Origin: Octopus sinensis
Taxonomy: Eukaryota
Reading direction: 5' to 3'
DNA length: 64,000 nt
NCBI RefSeq assembly: GCF_006345805.1
Contig: NC_043021.1
Span: 26,474,001-26,538,000, forward strand
The translations under genes and the position numbers were made by a program. The stretch's first letter is position 1, and every line of letters begins with the position of its first letter. Below the pieces are notes generated by a model. It worked only from the letters and a program-made list of their open reading frames with translations, had not been told where the DNA came from and searched no databases. Shown in pieces: positions 12,040 through 24,787 of this stretch.

Positions 12040-12749
12040 TGTTTAATGTCTGCTTTCCATGCTGGCAGGGGTTGGATGGTTTGACTGAGGACTGGCAAGC
12101 CAGGAGGCTGCACCAGGCTCCAATCTGATCTAGCAAGGTTTATACAGCTGGATGCCCTTCCTAATGCCAACCACTCCGAGATTGAAGTGGGTGCTTTTTA
12201 CATACTACTGGAACAGGAGCCAGTGTGGCAGGCCTGGTATTGTCCACACTTGAACAGTGCTTTTTATGTACCACTGGCACGGGTGCCAGTCAGGCAGCAT
12301 TGGCATCAGCCACAACACTGATTACAGCACATTGGCCAACGGTTGAAGGGAGCTCTTAAATGGGCTGGTTATGTGACACTGGCAGAGGCCATAGCTACAA
12401 TCTCACTTAGCTTGTTGGGTCGTCTCAAGCACAGCATATCTCCAAAGGTCTCGGTTGCTTGTTATTCCCTCATTGAGGCCCAACATTCAACAGGCTTCTT
12501 TCAGTTTCCATTTTCCAAATCCACTCACAAGGCTTTGGTCAGCTTGAGGCTATAGCAGAAGACACTTGTCCAAGGTGCCATGCAGTGGGACTTAACCTGG
12601 AACCATGTGGTTTGGAAGCAAGCTTCTTACCACGCAGTCACTCCTGCACCTATATATATATATATATATATATATGTCTATATGTGTAAGCCATCTAAGG
12701 ATCTGTAAATCAGGAGATGCATTCATATGTCTGTCAGCAGGGTAGGTAT

Positions 12750-13260
12750 ATTCAATTCAATTTTTATTGGCTCAAAAAGCAAAAGCAAGGCCATGTAGGG
12801 GGACAGAGAGTTATGTACAGGGAGGGTGGTCATACAAGGAGTTCAGGCCATTTCTGGTCGAGAGACTTTGAACCAAGCGGTCGTCGGCATCTTCACTATC
12901 TTGTCCGGCAGCTTATTCCACGGATCTGCAACCCGGACGGAGAAAGCCCCTCTCCTTCGATTGAGATGAAATCATCGTCGTAGATAGAGCTTTTCGGAGT
13001 GACCCCGCAGCCCACACTATAGAACAGGATTGAAGAACAGCTCTTTCGAGAGGTTACACTTTCCGCTTATGATGTTGTGAGCAAAAATGAGATCACCACG
13101 GCGTCGTCGTTTTTCTAGAGAATAAAGGTCGAGCGTCTTCAGCCTTTCTTCATAAGACAAATTCTTGAGACGAAGAACCGTGCAGGTAGCCAGCTTCTGG
13201 ACTCTCTCGAGATGATGTATGTCTTTGAGGAGATAAGGAGAAGCGGCTTGAATCCCGTAC
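12750..13260 (-). mobile_element. CR1-clade LINE, 5'-truncated 3' end (ORF2 C-terminus, 3'UTR, tail)
   Basis: Minus translation YGIQAASPYLLKDIHHLERVQKLAT...LSYEERLKTLDLYSLEKRRRRGDLIFAHNII...RRGAFSVRVADPWNKLP, then AATAAA and an (AATTG)n tail. Confidence 0.9.
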
Positions 13261-13280
13261 TATTTATCTCGTACTATTAA

Positions 13281-13502
13281 TCGAAGTGTACAGTATTATT
13301 TATCCATTATAACTGATCTTACCAATCAGTTTTGCACTAAGGGTTCAAAGGAGTGTTAGGCAACAAATTCCATAACAGCTACCTCTGATGAGTGCAGGGT
13401 TACATAATCGGACTGTTACCCAACACTCTGTTGAACCCCTAGTGCAAAATCAATTGATAAGATCGGCCATAATGGATATGTCTATAATACTGTACACTTT
13501 GA
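13281..13502. mobile_element. Hairpin MITE (~220 bp, ~85-bp imperfect inverted arms)
   Basis: TCGAAGTGTACAGTATTAT...GGAGTGTTAGGCAACA pairs with TGTTACCCAACACTC...ATAATACTGTACACTTTGA. A diverged half copy is at ~48310-48425. Confidence 0.75.
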
Positions 13503-14559
13503 TCTCTCTCTCTCTTTATATGTGTGTGTGTGTGTGTGTGTGTGTATAGGAAATATATTTGGGTGAGTAGTATTGAGTGAGGTGTGTCAGGTGATGAGAG
13601 GTTAATTTCTGATAGGACAGAAACAGGTGTCTTGCTGTGGAGGAGGAACATGGCTACCCTAGCAGTAAAAAGAGAGATGGTGGTGAAGATGTGTTGGAGG
13701 ATTGGACAGGGTGAGAGGGTGGGTCAGTTTGTGAGAGTGTGAAAGAAGAATAGGGTATAGAGGGAAGGAAATGCTGTGAGTGGGTAACATGGGTGGAGGG
13801 AACATGGGTTGTTAGGAAGATGAGTTATTGGGGAGGGATTCATCAGAAACAGATTGTAAGGGCAAAGACGTAAACTTTAGAGGCCCTATTTTTGCTTAGA
13901 AGGACTGGATCTCTTAAGCACAGTAAATTGCTAATTATTGGTCCTTTGTCATCTCATCTCTGTTTATATGCAGGGCAGCCCCAAAATAGGTTTACGGTTA
14001 TCATGGAGGCATTTAGAATTTCTTTTAAAACAGTTTATTGCATTTAAATTTCTATCTTACAAACTGAAAAGGGAGCTTGACAAAATTAGCTAAATTAGGA
14101 AAGAATAATGGTTTCATATTTTTTTGTAATTAAGATTTAAACTGTATATATATCAATGCGAAAGAGATAGTTGAATAACTCTAAACCTACTTTTGGGCCA
14201 CTCTATGTATATATATAATCAGATAAAGATAGTTATGGCTGGGCTATGGGATTGGCCAGGGTTCCACTTCCATAAAGCACTAGCTTTGCAGCGTCACTTC
14301 AGACCCTATTGGCCAGTGGCCTACAACTTCTCTTCAAAGTGGAGAGAGAAAAGGACCTTGTGGTTAGTTGTTGAACACACAGACAAAGGGAAAAGGTTAA
14401 GTGCGAGGGATTACCTCCCTTAGACTGCTATCCATAATCGACCTGGTTGGCTTGGGGGTCCCAGGGCTTCAGTAGGAATCTGAAGTGTAAGTAGGGTCTG
14501 CAGACTTCCGCCCTGGAATTTGAGGTGTTCCCAAGGCCGACGGAGTTCTTTCATATTCT

Positions 14560-14770
14560 CGCCCATACAGCTATGCACAGCTTGCACTGTTTGCTCCCGT
14601 TGATGTAAGGGCCTGGTTTTTAAAGGATCTTCCATAAGATTGTGTGTAGGGTCCTTTCATCCTTCAGGATCTGTGGTTGAAGGTGTTTGTGGAACATCCG
14701 ATGTATCTTCGAATACTGCTGCTACTTCTGCTGGTGGTGCCCAAGGTTCCATGCTGTGGGACAGAACTTG
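14560..14770 (-). pseudogene. Penelope-like element GIY-YIG endonuclease remnant
   Basis: Frameshifted peptides RRYIGCSTNTFNHR and ILKDERTLHTILWKIL*KPGPYINGSKQCKLCIA match PLE endonuclease motifs (YIG.T...F; W.IL.KA.PY..GSK.C.LC). Confidence 0.7.
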
Positions 14771-15664
14771 AAACCACGAAGATGAGAACTGAACCCCTTG
14801 TCTACACAACCATTACCTGCTTCAGCAACATTTCCCCTTCCTGCACGCATCATTAGAAGAGAAGGGTTCATTTTTAGTTCTGTGTTTTCAATGACGTTTT
14901 TATTGTTCAGCCCCAAGCAAATCCCTGATCTAGGACATTCCATCCATGACCAACATTCATAAGATTCAATTCTACTTAAACCTAAATTTCATGAAAGTTA
15001 ATTGCACATCCATGTATTAATTTTCCCTTTAACTTTCTCTTGGCTGACTTGCTTCAATAAATCCCAGATAAATTCCTTTCTAGCTCTTTATTATGTTTTT
15101 TACATCAGAGATCCCTAATGTATTGAGATAGATGTTACTATAACCAAAGGACAATTTCAAACATTAGAATACTCTTGCAACCCTTTCTTTTATTACCATC
15201 TTCTCACTGAAATAAACTGCCTTTGTTTCAGCGAATTTTGAAAATAATGAAAATTTTATTGCATGGTTAAGAATTTGCTTCCCAACTTTGTGGTATCAGA
15301 TTCTGTCCCTCTGTGTGGCACTTCGGGCAAGTGTCTTCTAGTATAACCCCAGGCCAACCAAAACCTTGTGAGTGGATTTCAAAACGGAAACAGAAAGAAG
15401 CCTGTCGTATGTGTGTGTGTGTGTTTGTGCTTCCTTGTATTGACGTTGTGTAATTGTTGTAAATGAGTGTCACTGTCGTACAAGCAGTGTTGTTAATGTC
15501 ATTCATTTCCAACCTTCCATAAAAACATGTCCGGTCATGGGGAAATATTACCTTCCTTGGAAATCTGGTGCGGATTGGTGATAGTATGAAGGACATTCAG
15601 CTATAGAACAGCTGTCCCAACAAATTCCCTCTGATCCGTGGAAGCTTTAAAAAATGGAAATTAA

Positions 15665-15978
15665 CCCTTTCCTATTCGATGTTTATTCTTCACATTGTTT
15701 GGAATTGATCCCACACCCTCTCTTTCCATAGCTTTGAGATTTTCAAGAAGTGATTCTTTCGTTCTTTCACTTGTTTCAGTCATTTGACTGCGACCATGCT
15801 GGAGCACTGCCTTTAGTTGAACTAATCAACCCCAGGACTTATTCTTTGTAAGCCTAGTGCTTATTCTATCCATCTCTTTTGCTGAATCACTAAGTCATGG
15901 GGCCGTAAACTCACCAGCATTGGTTGTCAAGCAATGGTGGGGTGTGTGTGAAAAACACACACACACAAATGCACACAC

Positions 15979-16057
<79 letters not shown>

Positions 16058-16326
16058 GTGCTTCTTTCAGTTTCCATCTACCAAATCCATTCACAAGGCT
16101 TTCATCGGCCCGAGGCTATAGAAGACACTTGCCCAAGGTGCCACACAGTGGGACTGAACCCAAGACCATGTGGCTGGTAAGCAAGCTACTTACCACACAG
16201 CCACACCTGTTATTTATCTTTAGAAATGACATTGTAGGATATGTGTGAAAGGTAGGATCTGGCCAGTCTACACATGAAACAGGTAGAATATTTGTGTTGC
16301 ATATGGCTGGTTTAAATGCTAAAGGG
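15665..16326. mobile_element. piggyBac-type MITE (family E) carrying a nested family C SINE
   Basis: TTAA|CCCTTT at 15661 and AAAGGG|TTAA at 16330. The body matches copies at 24563-24787, 25030-25210, 35257-35470 and 36531-36747, and is interrupted by a SINE at ~15770-16205. Confidence 0.8.
15770..16205 (-). mobile_element. tRNA/CORE-type SINE, family C, with internal (CA)n
   Basis: Minus-strand head GGCTGTGTGGTAAGTAGCTTGC...GGTTCAGTCCCACTG, CORE-like CCTTGGGCAAGTGTCTTCTA. Other copies at ~10680-10870, 12480-12650, 16590-16780, 17140-17300, 29365-29560, 34065-34425, 34770-35150, 45045-45428, 55200-55490 and 55646-55971. Confidence 0.85.
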
Positions 16327-17126
16327 TTAAAATAGTGATGATGATGATGATGACGACAGCTTCATTATAAAACTGGTGTTTGGAACATAAATTAATGAGA
16401 AATTTTGATGGAAGAAGGTTCTTAATTTCAATCACAAAAGGAAGTTTGTGCCATAAAAAGCCAATGAAGTTGTTGGGTGGGTTGGCATGAAAAGGGCCGA
16501 TGCGCTACCAATGGTCACTACTCCCACCCACACTCCATTCCATATTTAATTAATTAAAAGTTTCACTTGACTTTATCTCTTTTATTGTTTATTTGTTTCA
16601 GTCGTTAGCCTGTGGCCATGCTGGAGCACTGCCTTGGAGAGATTCTTGTTGAATGAATTGACCTCAGTACTTTTATTTTTAATCTGTGTACCTATGCTGT
16701 TAGTCCTCTTTTGCCAAACTGCTAAGTTATGGGGATGTAAACACACCAACACCGGTTGTCAAGTGGTGGTGTGTGTATATGTCAAATGCACACACATGCA
16801 TATCATCATCATCATCATCATCAATGTTTAACGTCTGCCTTCCATGCTGGCATGGGTTGGATAGTTTGAAAGAAGCTGGCCAGGCTGGAGCCTGCAGCAG
16901 ACTTCTGTGTCTGTTTTGGCAGGTTTATTACAGCTGGATGCCCTTCCTAACATGAACCACTCCACAGAGTGGACTGAATGCTTTTTACATGGCACAAACA
17001 CAGACTGGCAAGGTCGGTTTTGGCTTGGTTTTTACAGCTGGATGCCATTCCAAATGCCAACCACTTCACAGTGTGGGCTGGATGCTTTTTAAGTGGCACT
17101 GGCCTTGGCAGGGTCACCAAGGAACT

Positions 17127-17159
<33 letters not shown>

Positions 17160-17569
17160 GAGAGGCTTCTTTCAGTTTCCGTCATTGACCAAATCCACTC
17201 CCAAAGCTTTGGCCAGCCTGAGGCTATAGTAGAAGACACTTGCCCAAGGTGCCACACAATGGGACTGAACCTGGAACCATGTGGTTGGGAAGCAAATATC
17301 TCACTGGATGGCCATGGCTGTGACTTCCAATCTTTTCTTTTATTTCCTTTTTAAAACTGAAATTAATTATTTAGAAAATAACAGTCGTTTTGATTGGTTG
17401 GAATTTTCTGGTTGATTGGACCCAAATATGAGAGCATCGCATTCTCTTCAAACGTTAAGGCCCAGGGTGGCAGGGGTGGCGGGGTGGGAGGTGACTGGTT
17501 CTCTGTCACTTTGAAGACAAATGCATTTTTTTCTTTTTTCTTTTTGGGAAGCAGTTAATAGAAATGTTA

Positions 17570-17830
17570 TATCTGTTACCCCCTCCCCCCTCCACCTATA
17601 CTACCACCACCACTACTACTACTACTGCCACCACCACCACTTCCACTACTACTACTACTGCCACCACCACCACTTCCACTACTACTACTACTACCACCAC
17701 CACCACTTCCACTACTACTACTACTACCACCACCACCACTTCCACTACTACTACTACTACTACCACCACCACCACCACAACAACAACAACAACAATTTCT
17801 GCTGCTGCTGCTGCTACTACTGCTACTAGC
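17570..17830. repeat. Higher-order compound microsatellite [(CAC)n TTC CAC (TAC)n] repeated about five times, followed by (AAC)n and (GCT)n
   Basis: Directly visible ~27-33-bp units. Source of the poly-Thr, His/Tyr and Gly/Ser pseudo-ORFs. Confidence 0.95.
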
Positions 17831-20800
17831 AAGGAAAAAAAATTTTCTAATTCCGAGAGTGATTTCATATTTATGCACTCATTCCAGTATCTGTGTGTGT
17901 GTGTGTGTGTTGAGGTAGTAGTAGTAGTAGTAGTAGTTAGTGGTGGTTGTGGTGGGGGAAGGAAGAGGAGACAGCTTAGCACTTTCTGTTTTTACTTCAA
18001 TGAGTTATTCCCATGACAAAATATGTCATTGACTATCAAAAGTCATTTCCTCCACTCTCCACGCCACCACCTTCGCCGCCACCACCACCACCACCACCAC
18101 CACCACCACCACCACCACACCACCACCACCACCTCTTAAGTTGACAGTTTCTTCTGGTTTTTTTTCTTTCTTCTCTTTTTACTTGGGGATAAATATCTCT
18201 GATGGCAGTCTTTTGGTGTATTATTAATATTGGGGCAGTGAGCTGGCAGAATCGTTAGCATGCCGGACAAAGTGTTTGGCAGCATTTCATCTGTCTTTAT
18301 GTCCATCTTAATGTTCTGAGTTCAAATTCCACCGATGTCAACTTTGCCTTTCATCCTTTAAAAGTTGATAAAATAAGTACCAGCTGCGTACTGGGGTCAG
18401 TGTAATGAACTTGCCCTTTCACTTAAATTTCAGGCCTTGTGTCTGTAAGTAGAAAAGATTATTGTTATTATTATTATGAGTGAAGGTGGGTGAACTGGCA
18501 GAATTATTAGCACGAGTGGAAAGCGTGGCAGTGTTTCGTCTGCTGCTACATTCTGAGTTCTAATTCCGGCAGGGGTGACTTTGCCTTTCATCCTTTCAGG
18601 GTTGATAAACGAAGTACCAGTGAAATACTGGGGTTGGTGTAATCGACTAATCCCCTCCCCACAAATTTCAGGCCTTGTGCCTTTAGTAGGAATGATGATG
18701 ATGATGATGATGATGATGATCATTATTATTATGAAGGTACCACTGAGGTTCATTTTACCTTTCATCTTTTCGGAGTTGATAAATTAAGTACCAGTGAATG
18801 GGGTCAGTGTAATTGACTAGCCCCCTCTCCTCCTCCTCCTCCTTCGAGCATTCGCTATTGTTTGTTCTGGTAGATTCTGTGAGAGCAGATTGCAGCCTGC
18901 TACCAGGGGTCTCACGGAGTCTCTTTCCACACATTATAAGCTTTGATATTTGGTCGTTAACTCATTAACTGCCAAATTTTTTAATTCATATTTTTGGGCT
19001 TTGCCAGGTGTCTTAGTGGTTAAAATAATATATAGTATTTAAATTTTCTTCATATGTGAATTATTTTGGAAATTTTGATAAATTTCTCAAAAAGTCCCAA
19101 ATGGGGATTGCTGAAAAAAGCATATTTATCCGTTTCTATTCAATTGCAATAATAAAAATTTTAGTTTTTTGAAGTTATAGTATCAAATGTGAATGTGTAG
19201 GAAATGTGAATGAATGATATAAATGGGAAATGCACAAAAAAAAAAGTTTTCAAAACAGTCAGTATTTTTGTAGTTCAAAAATCGTGATTTATGGCATAAA
19301 ATGGCAGAAGGTTGCATCCCAACCACATGGTTCCAGGTTCAGTCCCGCCTTGGGCAAGCGTCTTCTACTATAGCTCAAGGCTGATCAAAGCTTTGTGAGT
19401 GGATTTGGTAGATGGAAACTGAAAGAAGCCCATCGTGTGTGTGTGTGTGTGTGTATGCATAACTGTTTCTTGGCCTTAACATCACACAACAGCTGTAAAC
19501 GAGTGTCACCATCATACAAGCAGTGTCATTTACTTTCAATATTCTGCCATAAACATGTCTGGCCATGGAGAACTAATAACGACAATCTTTAATTACTAAA
19601 TATTGTTAAACACACCTCAGCAAATGCAATGTATATAAACAATTCACTTTAAATACAACGAACAACCGGCAGAATTATTATTATTATTGTTATTATTATT
19701 ATTATTCCTCTCCCTCTCTTTTTCTTCTCTCTTCTCTCTCTCTTGCTGGGTAACCATGTACCGCCTCTATAGCAAGACACCTGTTTCTGCCTCTCTATCA
19801 CACTCTAGCCTTTCATCCTCTGACAAGTTCCCTTCCTCAAATGTCCCTACCCGTCTCAAAATTCCTTGTCTTGTGAGTTACTTGGTGATCCTGCCAGTGC
19901 TTCTGCCACATAAAGAGCATCCAGTCCACACTGTAAAGTGGTTGGCATTTGGAAGGGCATCCAGCAGTAAAAAATCATGCCAAGAATTGAGTCCTCTCTA
20001 GTGAGTGGTTGATGTTAGGAAGGGCATCCAGCCATTAAAGACTCTGCCAAAATAGACACAGTAGCCTGGGGTAGTTTTCTACCTGGCCAGCTTCTCTCAA
20101 CCGTCCTACCTATGCATGCATGGAAGGTGGACCTTAAACTATGATGGTGATGATGATGGTGGTAGTGGTGGTGGTGGTGGTGGTGGTGGTGGTGATGATG
20201 ATGATGATGATGATGACTGTTATAATGCTTTTCCCTAATATATGGGTTTTTTTCTTTTTCTGTCTATAAGTATTGCTTTGATTGTTGAAATTTTCCCCTT
20301 TTACCAACCAGCTATTGTTGCCTCTCTTCTTCCTCCTTTGTGTTACAGAACCAGCCACAACTGGCTGCTTATTTATATTTTTACTTTCCTCTTTTTGAAA
20401 CTGGGACTTGATAAATAAATAAATAAACCAGTTAAAAGATTGTATCGTCATTGTGAGTCAGAAAGCAAAAGGGTGGAAGTAGGAGGTGGTTTAAAGAGCT
20501 GAACTGCTTCTACAAGTCCAACCCTTCACTTCACCAGCACTGAGTACCCCCAGTACCCTTCTGTATGTCAAAAATGCATCGGTCCTTGCCATCACTGCAT
20601 TGGATAGTACCACCACCACCACCATCATCATTATATCCATTTTTCTGTGCTTGCATGGATTAGACAGAATTTGTTGAGGCAGATTTTGCTATGGTTGGGC
20701 GCCCTTCCTGTCACCAACCCTTACGTTGTTTCCAAGCAAGGTAATATTTCTCCATGGCCAGACATGCTTATGGCAGAATATTGAAAATAAATGACATACT

Positions 20801-21290
20801 CGTTTACAGCTGTTGTGTGATGTTAAGTTCAAGAAACAGTTATGCATACACACACACACACGATGGGCTTCTTTCAGTTTCCATCTACCAAATCCACTCA
20901 CAAAGCTTTGATCAGCCTTGAGCTATAGTAGAAGACTCTTGCCCAAGGCGGGACTGAACCTGGAACCATGTGGTTGGGATGCAACCTTCTGTTTTTTTCT
21001 TACCCCAGTTTACAGATTCTAACTAATTCAAAGAAGCGGTAGATCATTGAAGTAAATTACTTGTGATATTCACTTTTGTTACTCTTCCGCTTTACCTCTT
21101 TATTTCTCAGCAATTATATTGAATACCTGTAATACACGGAAGGATGATCCAGTTAACTATAATATTTCTTATAAACCAAAATTGGTCACATAGTTTAGTC
21201 AAATGGGATCAATAATATTATTGCTGTTTATGGTCCCATTTTCTTGAGGATTATATGTACATACACACATGTTTAGTATATATATATATA

Positions 21291-21845
21291 TGTCAGGTCA
21301 CTTTCGAGTGCTACTGGTAACATGTAACCCAGTACAACCTGTTGCATGGTCGGGTCGTCGGCGACTAAACTGGCAACCCCACCAAGCTTGCTTGGTGAGG
21401 AGGCTGTTTATTGGACACCCTGTGGGATGAAAAACAAAACCCATCAAAGGGCGGAGGAACTCTTGAGAGTCAATGGCCATCCAATAAATGTCTTAAGGCT
21501 GTATCATGCGCGGGGACATAGAAATAATCGGACTGAATATACTCGATCGCGCGGTTAAACCATTGGGAGTGAAGGACTCCTAGCCTTTGTTAGGGCATCC
21601 TTCTAGGAGAAGGTAACTCAGGTAACTGGGATAACTCCGACATAAAACCTGCGGCTCAGTGGTTGCCGATGATGTTGACCTGTTCTTCTTTTCGGATTAT
21701 GGCTGCTGTTGCTTAGTGAGTGGGATTGACTCAGTGCACAGCCTTTCCTCACTTTAAAAAAATCTTCTTGCACAGGCATTGCACGATAACAACATTGATT
21801 AAGCTTCACGCAATGGCCATACTCGATAACGAGGGGGCAGCCACC

Positions 21846-21846
<1 letters not shown>
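21291..21846 (+). mobile_element. Uncharacterised ~555-bp non-autonomous element, probably RTE 5'-end derived (copy 1)
   Basis: Highly similar inverted copy at 27167-27720 with the same ends (TGTCAGGTCAC...GCAGCCACCA). Motifs CTTGCTTGGTGAGGAGGCTG and GGCATCCTTCTAGGAGAAGGTAACTC resemble RTE 5'UTR motifs (recalled, not searched). Flanked by (TA)n. Confidence 0.75.
21296..21373 (+). ncRNA. Candidate HDV-like (double-pseudoknot) ribozyme, partly decayed
   Basis: P1 GGTCAC/ATGGTC, P2 CCAGT/ACTGG, P3 ACA/TGC, L3 ACCTGT, P1.1 GG, P4 TCG-TCGG-CGA and J4/2 CTAA occur in canonical order. P1, P3 and L3 are imperfect. Confidence 0.45.
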
Positions 21847-21876
<30 letters not shown>

Positions 21877-24562
21877 TGTATATATATGTCTGTATATATA
21901 TGTCTGTATATATATATGCTCTACACCTCATTGGTTTGTCAGCAAGCAACTCTGCTGCTTCCCACGTTGGTGTTCTCTTCTGATATCTAAGCAGGAGTCG
22001 TCTTGTTATTCTAACGGTATTTTTGTTTGTAGCTTACTCTCCTTCCTCTTGTGATTAATTATCAATAACCTTTGGATATCCTATTTAATGCTATGCTTTT
22101 AAAAAAATGTGTTTTTTTTACATTTCTTAAGAAAATAATAGACTTAGAAGGAAGGGGATTCTATTACAACGATGTATAAGAAATCCGACTTGTGAGAGGG
22201 GTGGTGTGACGGGCCAGGAGGGGAGGTGGGCGTTATATTTTGTAGAACAGAATTTGAGCCACTCTATGTGATCAGGATTGTAGCCTAAATTTCTTGTGTC
22301 GTATGTTTTAAGAATTTTCCCACAAGTTTGTTTCTTATTTTTCAACGATAGATAGATTAGTGTTCAAACAGTCACAATCTTATTTTAACATCTTTTCATT
22401 ACATTTCTCTGAAATGACATTATTGCCTTCTTGTATGATTTTTATGGGAACTCTTTCAAAATACTACAACACAACAACAACAAGAAAAATTCTAATAAAA
22501 TTCTAGTATTTTTGGAAGTTTTGGGGTAGCAACATTTAAGATAGACTCTCTGGGGGTGCAGTTTTTGTTATTTGTTTTTTTTATTATATTTGTTATTTTT
22601 TCCCTTTTATTTATTTGAAAATCATTTTTTGTTGTTGTTTTCCTCTTTTCATTCCTCTTACAGAATTCAGTTCTACCATTTGTTGTGCTGATGGCAGTTA
22701 ACATCTTTCCACAAAGCTTCGCTGCCATCATTTCATGTTTCTTCACATTGTTTCTGTAAATTGAAATCTCTTAGAATATCCTTTGAAAGGATCATCCTCA
22801 TCGTGACAATGATCGTGATTGTTTTAATGTCCACTTTTCCATGCTCGCATTGGTCAGATAGAGTTTATTGAGGCAGATTCTCTGTGACTAGATGTCCTTC
22901 CTGTCACCAACCCTCACCCATTTCCAAACAAAATAATATTTCCATCTACGGCCGAGCATGTTTTCACAAAATATTGGAAATGAAGCCTCCCACTTGTATG
23001 ACAGTGACACTCATTTACAACTGTCACATGATGTCAAGACAAGGAGACACAATTATAAATATATAACACTGAACCTGAGACCATATGCTTAGGAAGCAGA
23101 GTCCTCAACCAGAGAGCCACATCTGTATCTAATGTTAGTTGTTCATATTTCTTGTGGGGGACCCTTTTGCAGCACCCTCCAGGCTAAAACCCTCCAACTC
23201 AAGGGTCCGTTTTGGAGTAGACATTGCTGGTGAGCATTTTACAAGATCAGAATGCAAGTCTTATCTCAACCTATTTTGCTTCTTATGACTCACAGAGGAA
23301 ACACTGGGGCCATCCTTTGACCTGCTGGTCCCCACACAGTTCAATAAATACACTAATGATTATTCTGTCAACTGTACGCCATTCTCTCTACAAAAACTGA
23401 CTCCCCCCCCCTGGGCCTTGTCCAAAAATATAATGTTATAAAAATATGCTAAAAATGACACAGTTGTATAAACTGTAGAGTTTCAGACTAAATGGCTTCC
23501 AATGTTTAGTTTTGTCACTCTTGGCAGCTGCAAGAAATGTTAATGCATTGGGCTATTTCTTTTGACCCTTTATGTTCTGAGTTCAAATCCTGCCAAGGTC
23601 AACTTTGTATTTTATTCCAATGGGGCTTGATAAAATAAAATGCCAGCAAAGTACAGGGGTTGATGGTATCTACTAACACCCTTACCCTCAAAATTGCTGG
23701 CCTTGTTCCTAAATTAGAAACCATTATTAATTGCTCTCTCGAAGGTGGTGAGCTTGGCAGAATCATTAGCATATTGGACAAAATGCTTCATGGCATTTCT
23801 TCCAGTTCGTTATGTTCTTAGCTGTCAAGGTTAACTTTGTCTTTCATCCTTTTGTGGGGTCTATAGAATAGGTTGAGCACTGGGGTCAGTGTAATCAACT
23901 TGTCCCCTTCCCTAAAATTTCAAGCCCTTTGCCTATAATAGAAAGAATTATTAATTACACTCTATTTATGTGCTGATGATTTCGTTAAATATCAGGTCCA
24001 ACCCATGCTAGCATGGAAAGCGGACGTTAAACGATGATGATGATGATGAATCAGGTGTGATTTTACACTTAAACTCAGGTAGATTGTTGGTGGCCAAACA
24101 TTTGGCTGTTTGGCATCAACATCATCATCATCATCATTTAATATCCGTTGTCCCTGCTAGCATGGGTTTGACAGTTTGGTCTGGCATGCTGGAAGGTTGG
24201 ACCAAGCTCCAGTCTGATTTGGCATGGTTTTCTACAGGTGGATGCCCTTCCTAATGCCAACCACTCCAAGAGTGTAATGGGTACTTTTACGTGCCACCAG
24301 CATGGGTGTGACATCTGGGTGTGTTTATGTGTCACCGGCATGGGTGCCAATTTACATGACACCAATATCTGCCATGCCTGCTCGGCTTGATGGGTCTTCT
24401 TCTCAAGTACGACATAATGCCAAAGGCCTCGGTCATTGCCTTCGTTAGGCCCAACATAATTAATAAATTTATAAATTAAGAAGCTTATAAAATTTTCACT
24501 AGAATTTGCAAATAATGGTAAGCTTGGAAACTATAATAAGGATTTAGAACTTGCCTTTAAAA

Positions 24563-24787
24563 CCCTTCAGCTTTCAGATTATTCTATCAAATGTGATGCT
24601 TATTTATTCACATCGTTTTGAATTAATCATGCATTATCTCATGGCTTTGAGATTTCAATGATGTGATTGTTTATCTTTAGAATAACATTGTAGGGTAAGT
24701 GTGAGAAGCCTGATCTGGCCAGTTTGAACATAAAATAAGCAGACTATTTAGACTGGATACAACCAGTTTAAATGTTAAAGGATTTAA
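24563..24787. mobile_element. piggyBac-type MITE, family E
   Basis: ACCCTTCAGC...AATGTTAAAGG with TTAA-like flanks. Aligns to the other family E copies. Confidence 0.75.

Noticed and set aside
13385-13391. CTGATGA in the loop of the hairpin MITE as a hammerhead core
   Set aside because: No stem II closure or GAAA follows it.
21346-21558. Duplicated 70-74-aa ORF (also 27441-27665) as a conserved small protein
   Set aside because: No true ATG start in the track call, the C-termini differ by frameshift, and the similarity is explained by repeat identity.
21838-21848. Kozak-like GCCACCATG at the end of the 555-bp element
   Set aside because: ATG is present only in copy 2 and runs into a microsatellite, while copy 1 reads GCCACCATA.
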